Of a stretch of DNA of 36,175 bases, positions 8,277 to 16,087 are shown piece by piece. The translations under genes and the position numbers were made by a program. Within the stretch, counting starts at the first letter, position 1. Each line of letters begins with the position of its first letter. The notes beneath the pieces were generated by a model. That model searched no databases and was not told where the DNA came from. It worked only from the letters and a program-made list of their open reading frames with translations. Source of the DNA: Minisyncoccota bacterium (lineage in GTDB: Bacteria; Patescibacteriota; Minisyncoccia; Phycocordibacterales; DASSSU01); contig DASSSU010000018.1 in NCBI GenBank assembly GCA_035708305.1, positions 1 through 36,175 on the forward strand, in the 5' to 3' direction.

Positions 8277-8573
8277 TCAGAGACGCCGGAGCGAGCCGAG
8301 GGCGCACCGAAGCGTAGGACCACCACGCGATCGGAGCGTACGAGTTAATCAGAAGCCACCACGCGCTTCCGCGCGTGCGAAGTGGGTTCGAGCAAAGGTT
8401 AGTATTTCTGCACAAAACGAGTGCGGCGAGTTTTTGTTCCCGAGAGGAAGCCGCTCTACGGCTTCCGTGCAGGAATCGAAGCCCGATTGAGCGGATTTTG
8501 TGAGTGAAACGAAACAAAATCTCCAATCGGGATACTGCTCCTGTAAGGAGAGATCCTTGCCGAGGGCACCAAC

Positions 8574-8601
8574 AAAAAACCACACAAGATTGTGGTTTTT
8601 T
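8574..8601. terminator. Bidirectional rho-independent terminator: A6-ccaca-caagat-tgtgg-T7
   Basis: Hairpin flanked by an A-run and a T-run, 21 nt downstream of the glutaredoxin stop. It also closes the GC-rich non-coding region. Confidence 0.6.
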
Positions 8602-8621
8602 ACTTACTTTTGGAATCAATT

Positions 8622-8867
8622 TTACGCCGCAATCCCGAGGATTTCCGCCATGGCGTTTCGTTCAAAGCCAACTACCGGGTCTTTGCCGGGAACCACGATC
8701 ACCGGGACTGCCATTTGACCGGTCAGCTCAAGCATTTCCGTCCGTTTTTCCACATCCGTGCTTACGTCGTAATCTGTATATGCCACACCCTTTTCCGTAA
8801 AAAACTCTTTCGCCTGTTTGCAGTAGGTGCAGGTCGGAGTACTGTAAATAATAACTTTTTCGTCCAT
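8622..8867 (-). CDS. Glutaredoxin/NrdH-like thiol-disulfide oxidoreductase (CxxC = CTYC)
   Basis: 81 aa. MDEKVIIYSTPTCTYCKQAKEFF is a typical glutaredoxin N-terminus. Confidence 0.85.
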   Translation of the reverse strand: MDEKVIIYSTPTCTYCKQAKEFFTEKGVAYTDYDVSTDVEKRTEMLELTGQMAVPVIVVPGKDPVVGFERNAMAEILGIAA

Positions 8868-8922
8868 ATTTTTTAAAAATTATATCCTCATTGTATCACA
8901 GGGAAGCACAAAAAGTGAAAAA

Positions 8923-9315
8923 TTATGGCATTTGGAGTTTTTCCTGGATTTTCTCGACAATTTCGCTCAGTTCGGTTGCGCTTTTTACATAATAGTCCGC
9001 GCCGAGGGATTTCACTTCTTTGATTTTGTCCGGGTCGGAAACATTGGAGAGAACAATAACCTCAAGTGAAGCAAGATTCTCGTCCGATTTAATTTCACGC
9101 AAAATAGAAATGCCGTCCAGCTCGGGAAGAATCACATCGAGCAATGCCAAATCGTGGGTCGCCCGCTTGGCAACTTCCAGTCCTTCTTTTCCGTTTCGGC
9201 AGATAGTGACCTCGTATCCTTCTTGTCGCAGACGTTCATCAAGTACCCGGGCGAGAAAACTATCATCTTCAACGAGAAGAATAGAGCCGGAATTTTTCAC
9301 GCTTTCTTCATCCAT
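8923..9315 (-). CDS. Stand-alone response regulator, receiver (CheY-like) domain only
   Basis: 130 aa. ILLVEDD...LALLDVILPELDG...K receiver motifs. No output domain and no histidine kinase in the window. Confidence 0.85.
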   Translation of the reverse strand: MDEESVKNSGSILLVEDDSFLARVLDERLRQEGYEVTICRNGKEGLEVAKRATHDLALLDVILPELDGISILREIKSDENLASLEVIVLSNVSDPDKIKEVKSLGADYYVKSATELSEIVEKIQEKLQMP

Positions 9316-9342
9316 TTCGTCTTTAATAGTAGCAAATTCTCT

Positions 9343-11877
9343 TTATTTTACAAGGCGCCAACTTCCTCCTTCGATCAGCGGAAGTGCTTTTTTATACTTC
9401 ATGGATTTAGTCTCCTTGCCATCCGTGATCTCCACCACATCATTTCGCCCGATCTTCTCTTCCGTCGCCGGTGAGTGACTTTTCTTGGTTGAAGCATCGG
9501 CTTTTCCTTCTTCGCCGCCCGCCTCGCGGAAACTTTTTTGCATTTCTTTCGCCTCCTGCTCTGCTTTGACAAACATGCCGCCGCCAATATTGCCAATGAG
9601 TCGGATGGTCTCGCTGCGGAAAGTGTCTTCCATGTCATGGAACATCTGCAAGCCTTCTTTCTTGTACTCCACGAGCGGATCACGCTGTCCGTACGCACGC
9701 AAGCCCACGGAAGAGCGCAAATACTCCATGGCTTCGAGATGGTCCATCCAGAGCATGTCCGTCAGCTGGAGGAAGAGCCGACGCACGAGTCCGAGAAAAT
9801 CTTCCTCACCAAGCTCGGCTTTTTTCTTCTCCACGAGTTTCGCGGCATCATCATCCCCCGCGATCAATTCATCCAAGAATTCACGGATAAAATCCATGTC
9901 ACCGAGCAAGATCTTGCGCCGCCGTTCGTAGATCTTGTTGCGCTGCTGGGCAAGCACGTTGTCGTACTGAAGCACGTTGCGGCGAGAATCGAAATGAAAC
10001 CCTTCGATCTTTGTCTGTGCGGTTTCGAGTGACCGTGAAATAATTTTGTTTTCGATCGGCTGATCTTCCGGAATTCCAAAGGTGCCCATCATCCGCTTGA
10101 TCGCATCGGCAGCAAAGACCCGCATGAGGGAATCCTCCAGTGAAACAAAAAATTGCGTTTCACCCGGATCACCCTGACGTCCTGAACGTCCGCGAAGCTG
10201 GTTGTCGATCCGCCGCGCTTCATGCCGCTCCGTTCCAAGCACAAAAAGCCCGCCAAGCTGCTTGATCTCCTCGTATGTTTCCTCTGTCCCGGGATTGCCG
10301 CCAAGTTTGATGTCCACGCCGCGCCCTGCGAGGTTGGTCGCGATCACCACGCTTCCTTTCTTCCCTGCCTGTGCAATGATCTCTCCTTCGTTTTCGTGGT
10401 TCTTGGCATTCAAAACCTGATGCGGAACGCCTTCTTTCTGCAAAAATGCCGAGAGAAGTTCGTTTTTCTCGATCGAAACCGTACCGATCAAAATCGGCTG
10501 ATTTTTTTCGTGCACTTCTTTTACCCGCGCCGCAATAGCTTTGAATTTTCCAATCTCTGTTTGGTAGATCAGATCGTTTTTGTCGATGCGCTGTACTGGC
10601 ACGTTCGTCGGCACTTCCGTCACATCAAGTCCATAGACTTTGTAAAATTCCTCACGCGACGTGCTTGCGGTTCCCGTCATGCCCGCAAGTTTTTTGTACA
10701 TGCGAAAATAGTTTTGAAACGTAATCGATGCAACCGTACGCGACTCCTTTTGAATCGTCACACCCTCTTTCGCCTCCACCGCCTGATGAAGCCCTTCCGA
10801 CCACCGGCGTCCCGGCTGAAGCCGCCCGGTAAATTCGTCTACGATGATGATCTCTCCATCGCGGATCACGTATTCTTTGTCTCGTTCAAAAAGCGCTTTC
10901 GCCCGCACAGCAGTTTCCAGGTGATGCACATCTTTGATCCCACCTTCGGTGTAAATATTTTCTACACCAAGGAGTTTCTCTGCCTTGGTAATGCCCTCAT
11001 CCGTAAGCTGAATAGCGCGAAGTTTTTCATCTACTTCATAATCCTCATCCGGCTTCAAACGCTCGGCAATTCGTGCGAACTTCACGTACAGATCTTCAGA
11101 CTCTCCGGAAATGGCAGAGATGATAAGCGGTGTTCTCGCTTCGTCGATCAAAATAGAGTCGATCTCGTCCACAATCGCGAAATGGTAATCACGCTGCACC
11201 AGTGCTTCCGACGCGTATGCGAGATTGTCGCGCAGATAGTCGAAGCCGAACTCGTTGTTCGTACCATACGTGATATCTGCCGCGTAGGCTTCCCGCCGCG
11301 TGCATGGACGCAAAAATTCATACTCTACTTTAAAAGACCCGAGTTCATCGCGCACCTCGTCGTCCTCCTTGCTTTTATGCTCGGCGTCGTAGAGATATGA
11401 GGACTCATGGTTGATCACGCCGACCGAAAGCCCGAGAAAAGCATAGATCTGTCCCATCCACACCGCATCACGCCGGGAGAGGTAATCATTCACCGTCACC
11501 ACATGCACTCCTTTTCCTTCGAGTGCATTTAAGTACACAGGAAGCGTTGCCACAAGCGTCTTTCCTTCTCCAGTACGCATCTCAGAAATATTTCCCTGAT
11601 GAAGCGCGATGCCTCCCATCAGCTGCACATCGTAATGTCGCTGGCCAAGCACACGCTTTGCTGTTTCGCGTACCACCGCAAACGCCTCCGGAAGAATGTC
11701 GTCCAGTGTTTCATTTTTGTTCAGCCGCGTTTGAAACTCTTTCGTCTTTTCGCGCAATTCCTCGTCCGAGAGTTTTTGTATCTCAGATTCAAGGGCGTTA
11801 ACTTTTTCCACCAGAGGACGCATCGTCTTTAGCGTCTTCTGTGTCCCTCCTCCAAACAGGTTTTTGAAAAGCTCCAT
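9343..11877 (-). CDS. secA: Preprotein translocase ATPase SecA
   Basis: 844 aa. MELFKNLFGG...TGEGKTLVATLPVYLNAL (Walker A in NBD1), DEAD-like helicase motifs, long helical scaffold domain. Confidence 0.95.
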   Translation of the reverse strand: MELFKNLFGGGTQKTLKTMRPLVEKVNALESEIQKLSDEELREKTKEFQTRLNKNETLDDILPEAFAVVRETAKRVLGQRHYDVQLMGGIALHQGNISEMRTGEGKTLVATLPVYLNALEGKGVHVVTVNDYLSRRDAVWMGQIYAFLGLSVGVINHESSYLYDAEHKSKEDDEVRDELGSFKVEYEFLRPCTRREAYAADITYGTNNEFGFDYLRDNLAYASEALVQRDYHFAIVDEIDSILIDEARTPLIISAISGESEDLYVKFARIAERLKPDEDYEVDEKLRAIQLTDEGITKAEKLLGVENIYTEGGIKDVHHLETAVRAKALFERDKEYVIRDGEIIIVDEFTGRLQPGRRWSEGLHQAVEAKEGVTIQKESRTVASITFQNYFRMYKKLAGMTGTASTSREEFYKVYGLDVTEVPTNVPVQRIDKNDLIYQTEIGKFKAIAARVKEVHEKNQPILIGTVSIEKNELLSAFLQKEGVPHQVLNAKNHENEGEIIAQAGKKGSVVIATNLAGRGVDIKLGGNPGTEETYEEIKQLGGLFVLGTERHEARRIDNQLRGRSGRQGDPGETQFFVSLEDSLMRVFAADAIKRMMGTFGIPEDQPIENKIISRSLETAQTKIEGFHFDSRRNVLQYDNVLAQQRNKIYERRRKILLGDMDFIREFLDELIAGDDDAAKLVEKKKAELGEEDFLGLVRRLFLQLTDMLWMDHLEAMEYLRSSVGLRAYGQRDPLVEYKKEGLQMFHDMEDTFRSETIRLIGNIGGGMFVKAEQEAKEMQKSFREAGGEEGKADASTKKSHSPATEEKIGRNDVVEITDGKETKSMKYKKALPLIEGGSWRLVK

Positions 11878-11933
11878 AATATTACGTCAAAAGATAAACA
11901 ATAGATGCAATTATACCATGGAAAGAACCAAAG

Positions 11934-11960
11934 AAAAACCCCTCAAAATAAGGGGTTTTT
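11934..11960. terminator. Bidirectional rho-independent terminator: A5-cccct-caaaata-agggg-T5
   Basis: Lies between the K-rich small gene (stop 11980) and the secA start (11877). Confidence 0.6.
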
Positions 11961-11979
11961 CGAAGAGAACTCGGAAAAA

Positions 11980-12126
11980 TTATTTCTTCTTTCGAGTGGT
12001 CTTTTTTGCAGCTTTCTTTTTTGCTGGAGCTTTTTTCTTTGCAACCTTTTTCTTGGCCACTTTCTTTTTTGCTACTTTTTTCTTTGCAACCTTTTTCTTT
12101 GAAGCAGCTTTCTTTTTTGCTGGCAT
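11980..12126 (-). CDS. Lysine/alanine-rich small basic protein (histone H1-like / KKAA-repeat DNA-binding protein): MPAKKKAASKKKVAKKKVAKKKVAKKKVAKKKAPAKKKAAKKTTRKKK
   Basis: I reverse-complemented and translated this by hand: ATG at 12126..12124, TAA at 11982..11980. At 48 aa it is below the ORF-track cutoff. The track's 83-aa ORF on the same strand in another frame is Cys-rich and less credible. A terminator follows immediately. Confidence 0.55.
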   Translation of the reverse strand: MPAKKKAASKKKVAKKKVAKKKVAKKKVAKKKAPAKKKAAKKTTRKKK

Positions 12127-12427
12127 AAAACAAAAATTATTTATTCCCTCAAAAAATTTTTTAAAAAATAAAAAAACATTTTGAAGGGGGCTTATTAAAA
12201 ATCAGCGAAAGCTTCGACCTCGGTTCAAATCTTTTTTGCGATCAAAATGAAACGCAAAACTTTTTCTAAACCTTCGCAACGATCTGCATTAATTATCATT
12301 CAATTAAAAATTAATACAATATTTTTTTACAAAAAAATTGTGGATAACTTTTTATTTTTTAAAAAAAATTTTTGTAAAAGTTTTTTATTTTTTATTCCGC
12401 AAGATACTTTTAAATTTTTTTTAAGCA

Positions 12428-12484
12428 AGAAAAAATCTCCGGCATTGCTTTTCGAAGTTTGTGGGCTTCACGAGAAAAGCAATG
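12428..12484 (-). terminator. Probable murB terminator: 11-bp stem cattgcttttc/gaaaagcaatg enclosing the 20-nt core GAAGTTTGTGGGCTTCACGA, followed on the minus strand by a T-run
   Basis: Stem 12443..12453/12474..12484, loop 12454..12473. The A-run at 12428..12436 on plus gives a T-run on the minus strand. Confidence 0.5.
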
Positions 12485-12516
12485 ACAGAGATTTTTTCTT
12501 TTTTCTCTCACAATAT

Positions 12517-12606
12517 CGAGAACGAGAAGCTTCCTTCTTTCAAGACACCGCTCCAAGGGCGCTTGCCCGGTCTTAGTGTCTTGAAAGAAGGAAGCTTCTC
12601 GTTCGA
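12517..12606. repeat. Long near-perfect hairpin. A 28-bp perfect stem (12521..12548 / 12576..12603), plus 4 bp beyond a 2-nt bulge, around a 27-nt loop that holds a small gggc/gccc hairpin.
   Basis: I reverse-complemented the arms directly: aacgagaagcttccttctttcaagacac pairs with gtgtcttgaaagaaggaagcttctcgtt. The right arm ends 20 nt from the murB stop at 12626. Confidence 0.7.
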
Positions 12607-12625
12607 ATATTTCCAAGATGGGTTT

Positions 12626-13648
12626 TCAAAAAAACCGCACTTCGTATTCAAGTTCAACAGCCGTCTTGTCTTTCACACACGCACGCACTTCTTCCGAAAA
12701 ATTTCGTACATCCGCCGCACTTCCCTCGCCATAGTTTACGATTGCCAGTGGCTGTTTCGGGTAAGTCCCCACATCGCCTTTTCGGTACCCACGCATGCCG
12801 CACACATGATCAATCAGCCACGCCGCTGGGACTTTGTAGCCTTGCTCCACCGTGTAGAACGGCATTTCAGCATACGTTTTCTGCAGTTGTGCAAAAGCGC
12901 TTTCAGAAAGAATAGGGTTTTTGAAAAAAGAGCCAAGTGTCCCCAAAACTGCCGGATCAGGGAGCTTGTTTTTTCGGATCGTGATCACGGCCTGGCGCAC
13001 ATCCGCAAGTGTCGGATGATCGTTCTTTTCTGCTTCAAAATACGCACGGACATCTTTGTAGTTCGTATTGATCGGAGCGTTCTTTTGTAGACGAAACAAC
13101 ACCCGCGTGACGACGAAATGCTTTCCTTCTTCTGTTTTGAAAAAACTGTTGCGATAAGAGAAGTTGCATGCTTCGTTTGAAAACTTTTTTACGACAAGCG
13201 TTCGAGTGTCCAGCGCTTCCACTTCATGAATCGTTTCTTTCACTTCCGTTCCGTACGCGCCGATATTTTGCACCGGACTCGCGCCAACCGTACCAGGAAT
13301 CCAAGAAAGGTTTTCAATACCACCAAGATTCCTTCTCACCGTTTCCGCCACAAACCCATCCCAGTTTTCTCCCGCACCGACACTTACGACAGCATTCCCC
13401 TTTTCGTCTTCATCTCCAAACTCCATCCCGAGCATTTGATTGCGGATGATCAACCCTGGAAAGCCATCATCAGAAAAATACATGTTCGACCCTCCGCCGA
13501 TGGTGAGCAGCGGAAGCTTTTTTTCTTTTGCAAAACCCACCGCTTCTTTCAGATCCGCGAGATTTTCCACGGTACAAAAAAACCTCGCAGGTCCGCCGAC
13601 ACGCAAGGTTCCAAAATTTTTGAGCAGAACGTTTTCCTCCATTTTCAT
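12626..13648 (-). CDS. murB: UDP-N-acetylenolpyruvoylglucosamine reductase
   Basis: 340 aa. FAD-binding PCMH domain (TIGGGSN), MurB C-terminal domain (GxGSFFKNP...GYRxGD). Confidence 0.9.
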   Translation of the reverse strand: MKMEENVLLKNFGTLRVGGPARFFCTVENLADLKEAVGFAKEKKLPLLTIGGGSNMYFSDDGFPGLIIRNQMLGMEFGDEDEKGNAVVSVGAGENWDGFVAETVRRNLGGIENLSWIPGTVGASPVQNIGAYGTEVKETIHEVEALDTRTLVVKKFSNEACNFSYRNSFFKTEEGKHFVVTRVLFRLQKNAPINTNYKDVRAYFEAEKNDHPTLADVRQAVITIRKNKLPDPAVLGTLGSFFKNPILSESAFAQLQKTYAEMPFYTVEQGYKVPAAWLIDHVCGMRGYRKGDVGTYPKQPLAIVNYGEGSAADVRNFSEEVRACVKDKTAVELEYEVRFF

Positions 13649-13889
13649 CGCGGTCTTTTCAAATTACGATGAAATCACGGCCACTTGCGGCCAACGGAGG
13701 CGAGCTCCAAGCAAACGTCTATGTGAGTGCTGCCGTTAGCCACAGCCAGCCATGATTATCTATTGTATTATACCAGTTATGAGAGCGAAATGAAAAACTT
13801 TTTTCTCTTCACGGAGTGGATAAAATCGCAGTAGATTTCTTATGAATTCTTAAGAAATATAGAGACTTTACTGGTTTTTGCCGAAAAAG

Positions 13890-13918
13890 TTGCAAAATAT
13901 TTTTTCTGTGCTATACTG
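13890..13918 (+). promoter_or_regulatory. Candidate sigma70 promoter TTGCAA-17-TATACT
   Basis: -35 at 13890..13895, -10 at 13913..13918, exact 17-nt spacer. There is no annotated plus-strand gene downstream before the terminator at 13962..13988. Confidence 0.35.
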
Positions 13919-13924
13919 CCTTTG

Positions 13925-13988
13925 TGAGTGTTGGAGTTTCCAACAACGAACGTCTACATCAAATTCCCGTTCTGCGGGAATTTTTTGT
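13925..13988 (+). ncRNA. Candidate ~65-nt small RNA bounded by the promoter above and a canonical terminator. The terminator has an 8-bp stem aattcccg/cgggaatt (13962..13969/13975..13982), loop ttctg, then TTTTTTG. An internal hairpin gttgga-gtt-tccaac is also present.
   Basis: Called purely from the promoter and terminator geometry in the murB upstream intergenic region. There is no homology support. Confidence 0.25.
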
Positions 13989-14059
13989 GCCTGATTTCTT
14001 TTTTTATATTCTTTTGCACAAATTTCATTCACTTTACTTTCTCGGAGAATTTCCAGGGG

Positions 14060-14091
14060 AAAAAATATCGCGCAACCTCTCGTTGCGCGAT
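14060..14091 (-). terminator. Rho-independent terminator for the 14144..14770 gene: 10-bp stem atcgcgcaac/gttgcgcgat, loop ctctc, T-run on the minus strand
   Basis: About 53 nt downstream of the stop at 14144. The A6 at 14060..14065 on plus gives the T-run on minus. Confidence 0.5.
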
Positions 14092-14143
14092 TGAAGTTTT
14101 GTGCCATTTATAGCACGCTATTCATCTTTTTTGAATATATCCT

Positions 14144-14770
14144 TTACTTTGTCTCCTTCCAACCAACGACAAAATACCCTTTGACTTCTTTATTGAGAGG
14201 CCAGATAAAGTACGGTTTCCCCTCCCAAACCTCAAGAAATATCTCATCTGTCCTCTGTACCAAGAATACTTTTCTTCTATGGACCCGTATTTCCCAACAA
14301 TTCAAGCTCCCCTCTTGTCCGGGTGTTCCGACATTTAATTTTTGCTCTTTCTGCGGTAAATCCAGTATCGGCGTCCTCCATAAGATAATTAAACTCAGCC
14401 AATTCTGTTTGGCATGGATGACACGAACTTCTTGAATCAGCACTTTTTTGGAAAATTCGGTTTTGTCTTGTCCCACCTCATCCGGGATTTGATAGTACAA
14501 TTCCGTTTCAAAGCATGCATTCCGGCCGTACCATCGTTCCACAAAAATTTTCCGAAAATGCCGAGAAAAGACAAGCAACAAAAGAAATCGGAAGGGAGCA
14601 ATGCACAGGATCGTCATTAAAAGAATCACGGGCAGGAAAAGGAACTGCGCCAAGGAAGAGAGGTGGGTATAACTCCCCACAAGGTCGCTTGCTGGAATTT
14701 GCCCCGTAAACACTTGTCCGATTTTCTTAGCAAATAAAACAGAAGTGAGCTTTTTTTGTGAAGAATTCAT
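14144..14770 (-). CDS. Hypothetical membrane protein: N-terminal transmembrane hairpin plus a soluble domain, possibly bacterial-PH/DUF304-like
   Basis: The start is set at MNSSQKK, the ATG at 14770, which is preceded by GGAGGAAAAAC. The track ORF extends further, to 14935. Hydrophobic segment LAQFLFLPVILLMTILCIAPFRFLLLLVF. Confidence 0.5.
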   Translation of the reverse strand: MNSSQKKLTSVLFAKKIGQVFTGQIPASDLVGSYTHLSSLAQFLFLPVILLMTILCIAPFRFLLLLVFSRHFRKIFVERWYGRNACFETELYYQIPDEVGQDKTEFSKKVLIQEVRVIHAKQNWLSLIILWRTPILDLPQKEQKLNVGTPGQEGSLNCWEIRVHRRKVFLVQRTDEIFLEVWEGKPYFIWPLNKEVKGYFVVGWKETK

Positions 14771-14928
14771 GTTTTTCCTCCGTTTGGGCACATCGTGCTT
14801 GGTAAAGAGCCTGTTTCTGTTTGTACCATAAACAGCGCGTTTTATCCAGATTTCTCCCCTCCTCAGCTTTGCCCACAAAAACAAAGGAGGAACTGAAAAC
14901 TGAAATCTCACCGCCTCTGCCAAAATGC

Positions 14929-14957
14929 TTGACAAGTAACGATTTTTATGTATAAAT
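14929..14957 (+). promoter_or_regulatory. Candidate sigma70 promoter TTGACA-16-TATAAAT upstream of the SPFH gene
   Basis: The -10 overlaps the ATG at 14948. If this promoter is used, the true start is more likely the in-frame TTG at 15005, which is preceded by GGAG at 14990..14993. Confidence 0.4.
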
Positions 14958-16087
14958 ACAGACCGGAACAGTTCCTTGACATCAATTATGGAGCGGCAAA
15001 GATCTTGAGCAGATTACAAAAATTCTACCTTGGATCTTTAATTGTCTTTCTTGCCATATCTTTTTTAGGAGGTTTCCTCTGGTTTCTTGGTGTACAAGCT
15101 GGACAGGTAATTCTTGGAATCAACATTGCCTATTTTGCCTCTAGCCTTCGAATTGTAAAACCAGATCAAGTCGGAGCACTCATCGTACTTGGATATTCTA
15201 TCTCCAGTCTTCAACGGGGGCTACACTTTGCTCCTTTCTTCATTAGTGACTTCCCAACAGAACCACTCCCCGTGATAGAGGAAGAATTCCCAGGAGAACC
15301 GGAAAGAGTTTGGCACGAGGATGCACCCATTCCCACTATCCCAGAAATTAATAGGTTCGGAAAAATGGTCCCTTACTATGTTTATCCAGTACGGGTTACT
15401 ACCGGACGTCCTGACTATGGGAATGAGGGGGGTGGCGCATCAACCGGGAATCCATTAGATATTCAAGGCACAGTAGAACCAGTGTTTTTTGTTCGTTTTC
15501 AGGTGAAATCACATGAGTACCTTGAAAAATTCATTCCAAACATTGGGACACTCTATGAAGTAGTGAGACAGATTCAAGACACGATGGTTCGTGTACTTAC
15601 CTCACAATTTAGCCAAAGAACCATACAGAAAATCATCGAGGACATTGATCAGATTAATACTGAACTCCAAAAAAAGATAGAAGAAATAACCGGAGACTGG
15701 GGTATTGAAGTGCGGGACGCCTATATAAAAACGGTCGGACTCAGTCATACGCTCAATACCGCTCTTCGAGATGTCGGCGTAGAAAAAACCAAAGCACTGG
15801 CGACTATCATTGCAGCAGAAGCAGAGAAAAAGAAACTCATCGAAGAAGGAACTGGTAACGCAAAGGCCAGGGAGCTTTTGTTGCAAGGAGAAGGAGCTGG
15901 TATTAAGTCCATAGCAGACGCGCTGCAGATACAGCAAGGAGAGGTGATGGAACTTATCCGCACAAAAGCTGCACAAGATGCACTCAAAGAAATTGATCAC
16001 CTTAATATGTTTACTGGCAACATGCAGGGTTTGCCTGGACTTTTCGGTCTTGCCGATGCGTTAAAAAATAGAGGAACGTCAGAATGA
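14948..16087 (+). CDS. SPFH/band-7 (stomatin/prohibitin-like) membrane protein with a ~90-aa insertion. The start may be the TTG at 15005.
   Basis: N-terminal transmembrane helix, then an SPFH core: GTLYEVVRQIQDTMVRVLTSQFSQRTIQKI...GIEVRDAYIKTV...ALATIIAAEAEKK. Overlaps the next gene by 4 nt. Confidence 0.8.
   Translation: MYKYRPEQFLDINYGAAKILSRLQKFYLGSLIVFLAISFLGGFLWFLGVQAGQVILGINIAYFASSLRIVKPDQVGALIVLGYSISSLQRGLHFAPFFISDFPTEPLPVIEEEFPGEPERVWHEDAPIPTIPEINRFGKMVPYYVYPVRVTTGRPDYGNEGGGASTGNPLDIQGTVEPVFFVRFQVKSHEYLEKFIPNIGTLYEVVRQIQDTMVRVLTSQFSQRTIQKIIEDIDQINTELQKKIEEITGDWGIEVRDAYIKTVGLSHTLNTALRDVGVEKTKALATIIAAEAEKKKLIEEGTGNAKARELLLQGEGAGIKSIADALQIQQGEVMELIRTKAAQDALKEIDHLNMFTGNMQGLPGLFGLADALKNRGTSE

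Noticed and set aside
8320-8365. Possible CRISPR-like spacing of ccaccacgcg repeats
   Set aside because: Only two copies, 34 nt apart, with no regular repeat-spacer architecture and no cas genes.
8470-8495. tRNA-like T-loop (ggcttcgattcc on the minus strand) and a 5S-like gtgagtgaaacg word in the GC-rich block
   Set aside because: I could not build an acceptor, D or anticodon cloverleaf around it, and the 5S-like similarity does not extend beyond 12 nt.
10222-11400. 392-aa plus-strand ORF and other antisense ORFs inside secA
   Set aside because: Completely contained antisense to a highly conserved secA reading frame. Low-complexity, Arg/Phe-rich translation.
11864-12184. Phe-rich plus-strand ORF (106 aa) and the Cys-rich 83-aa minus-strand ORF 11882..12133
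   Set aside because: Both are alternative frames of the lysine-codon-rich (AAG/AAA) region. The ATG-initiated K/A-rich 48-aa frame has the coherent composition and a proper stop plus terminator.
12461-13672. Plus-strand ORFs 12461..13090, 13168..13449 and 13226..13672 overlapping murB
   Set aside because: Antisense to murB, with Arg/Phe-rich artefactual composition.
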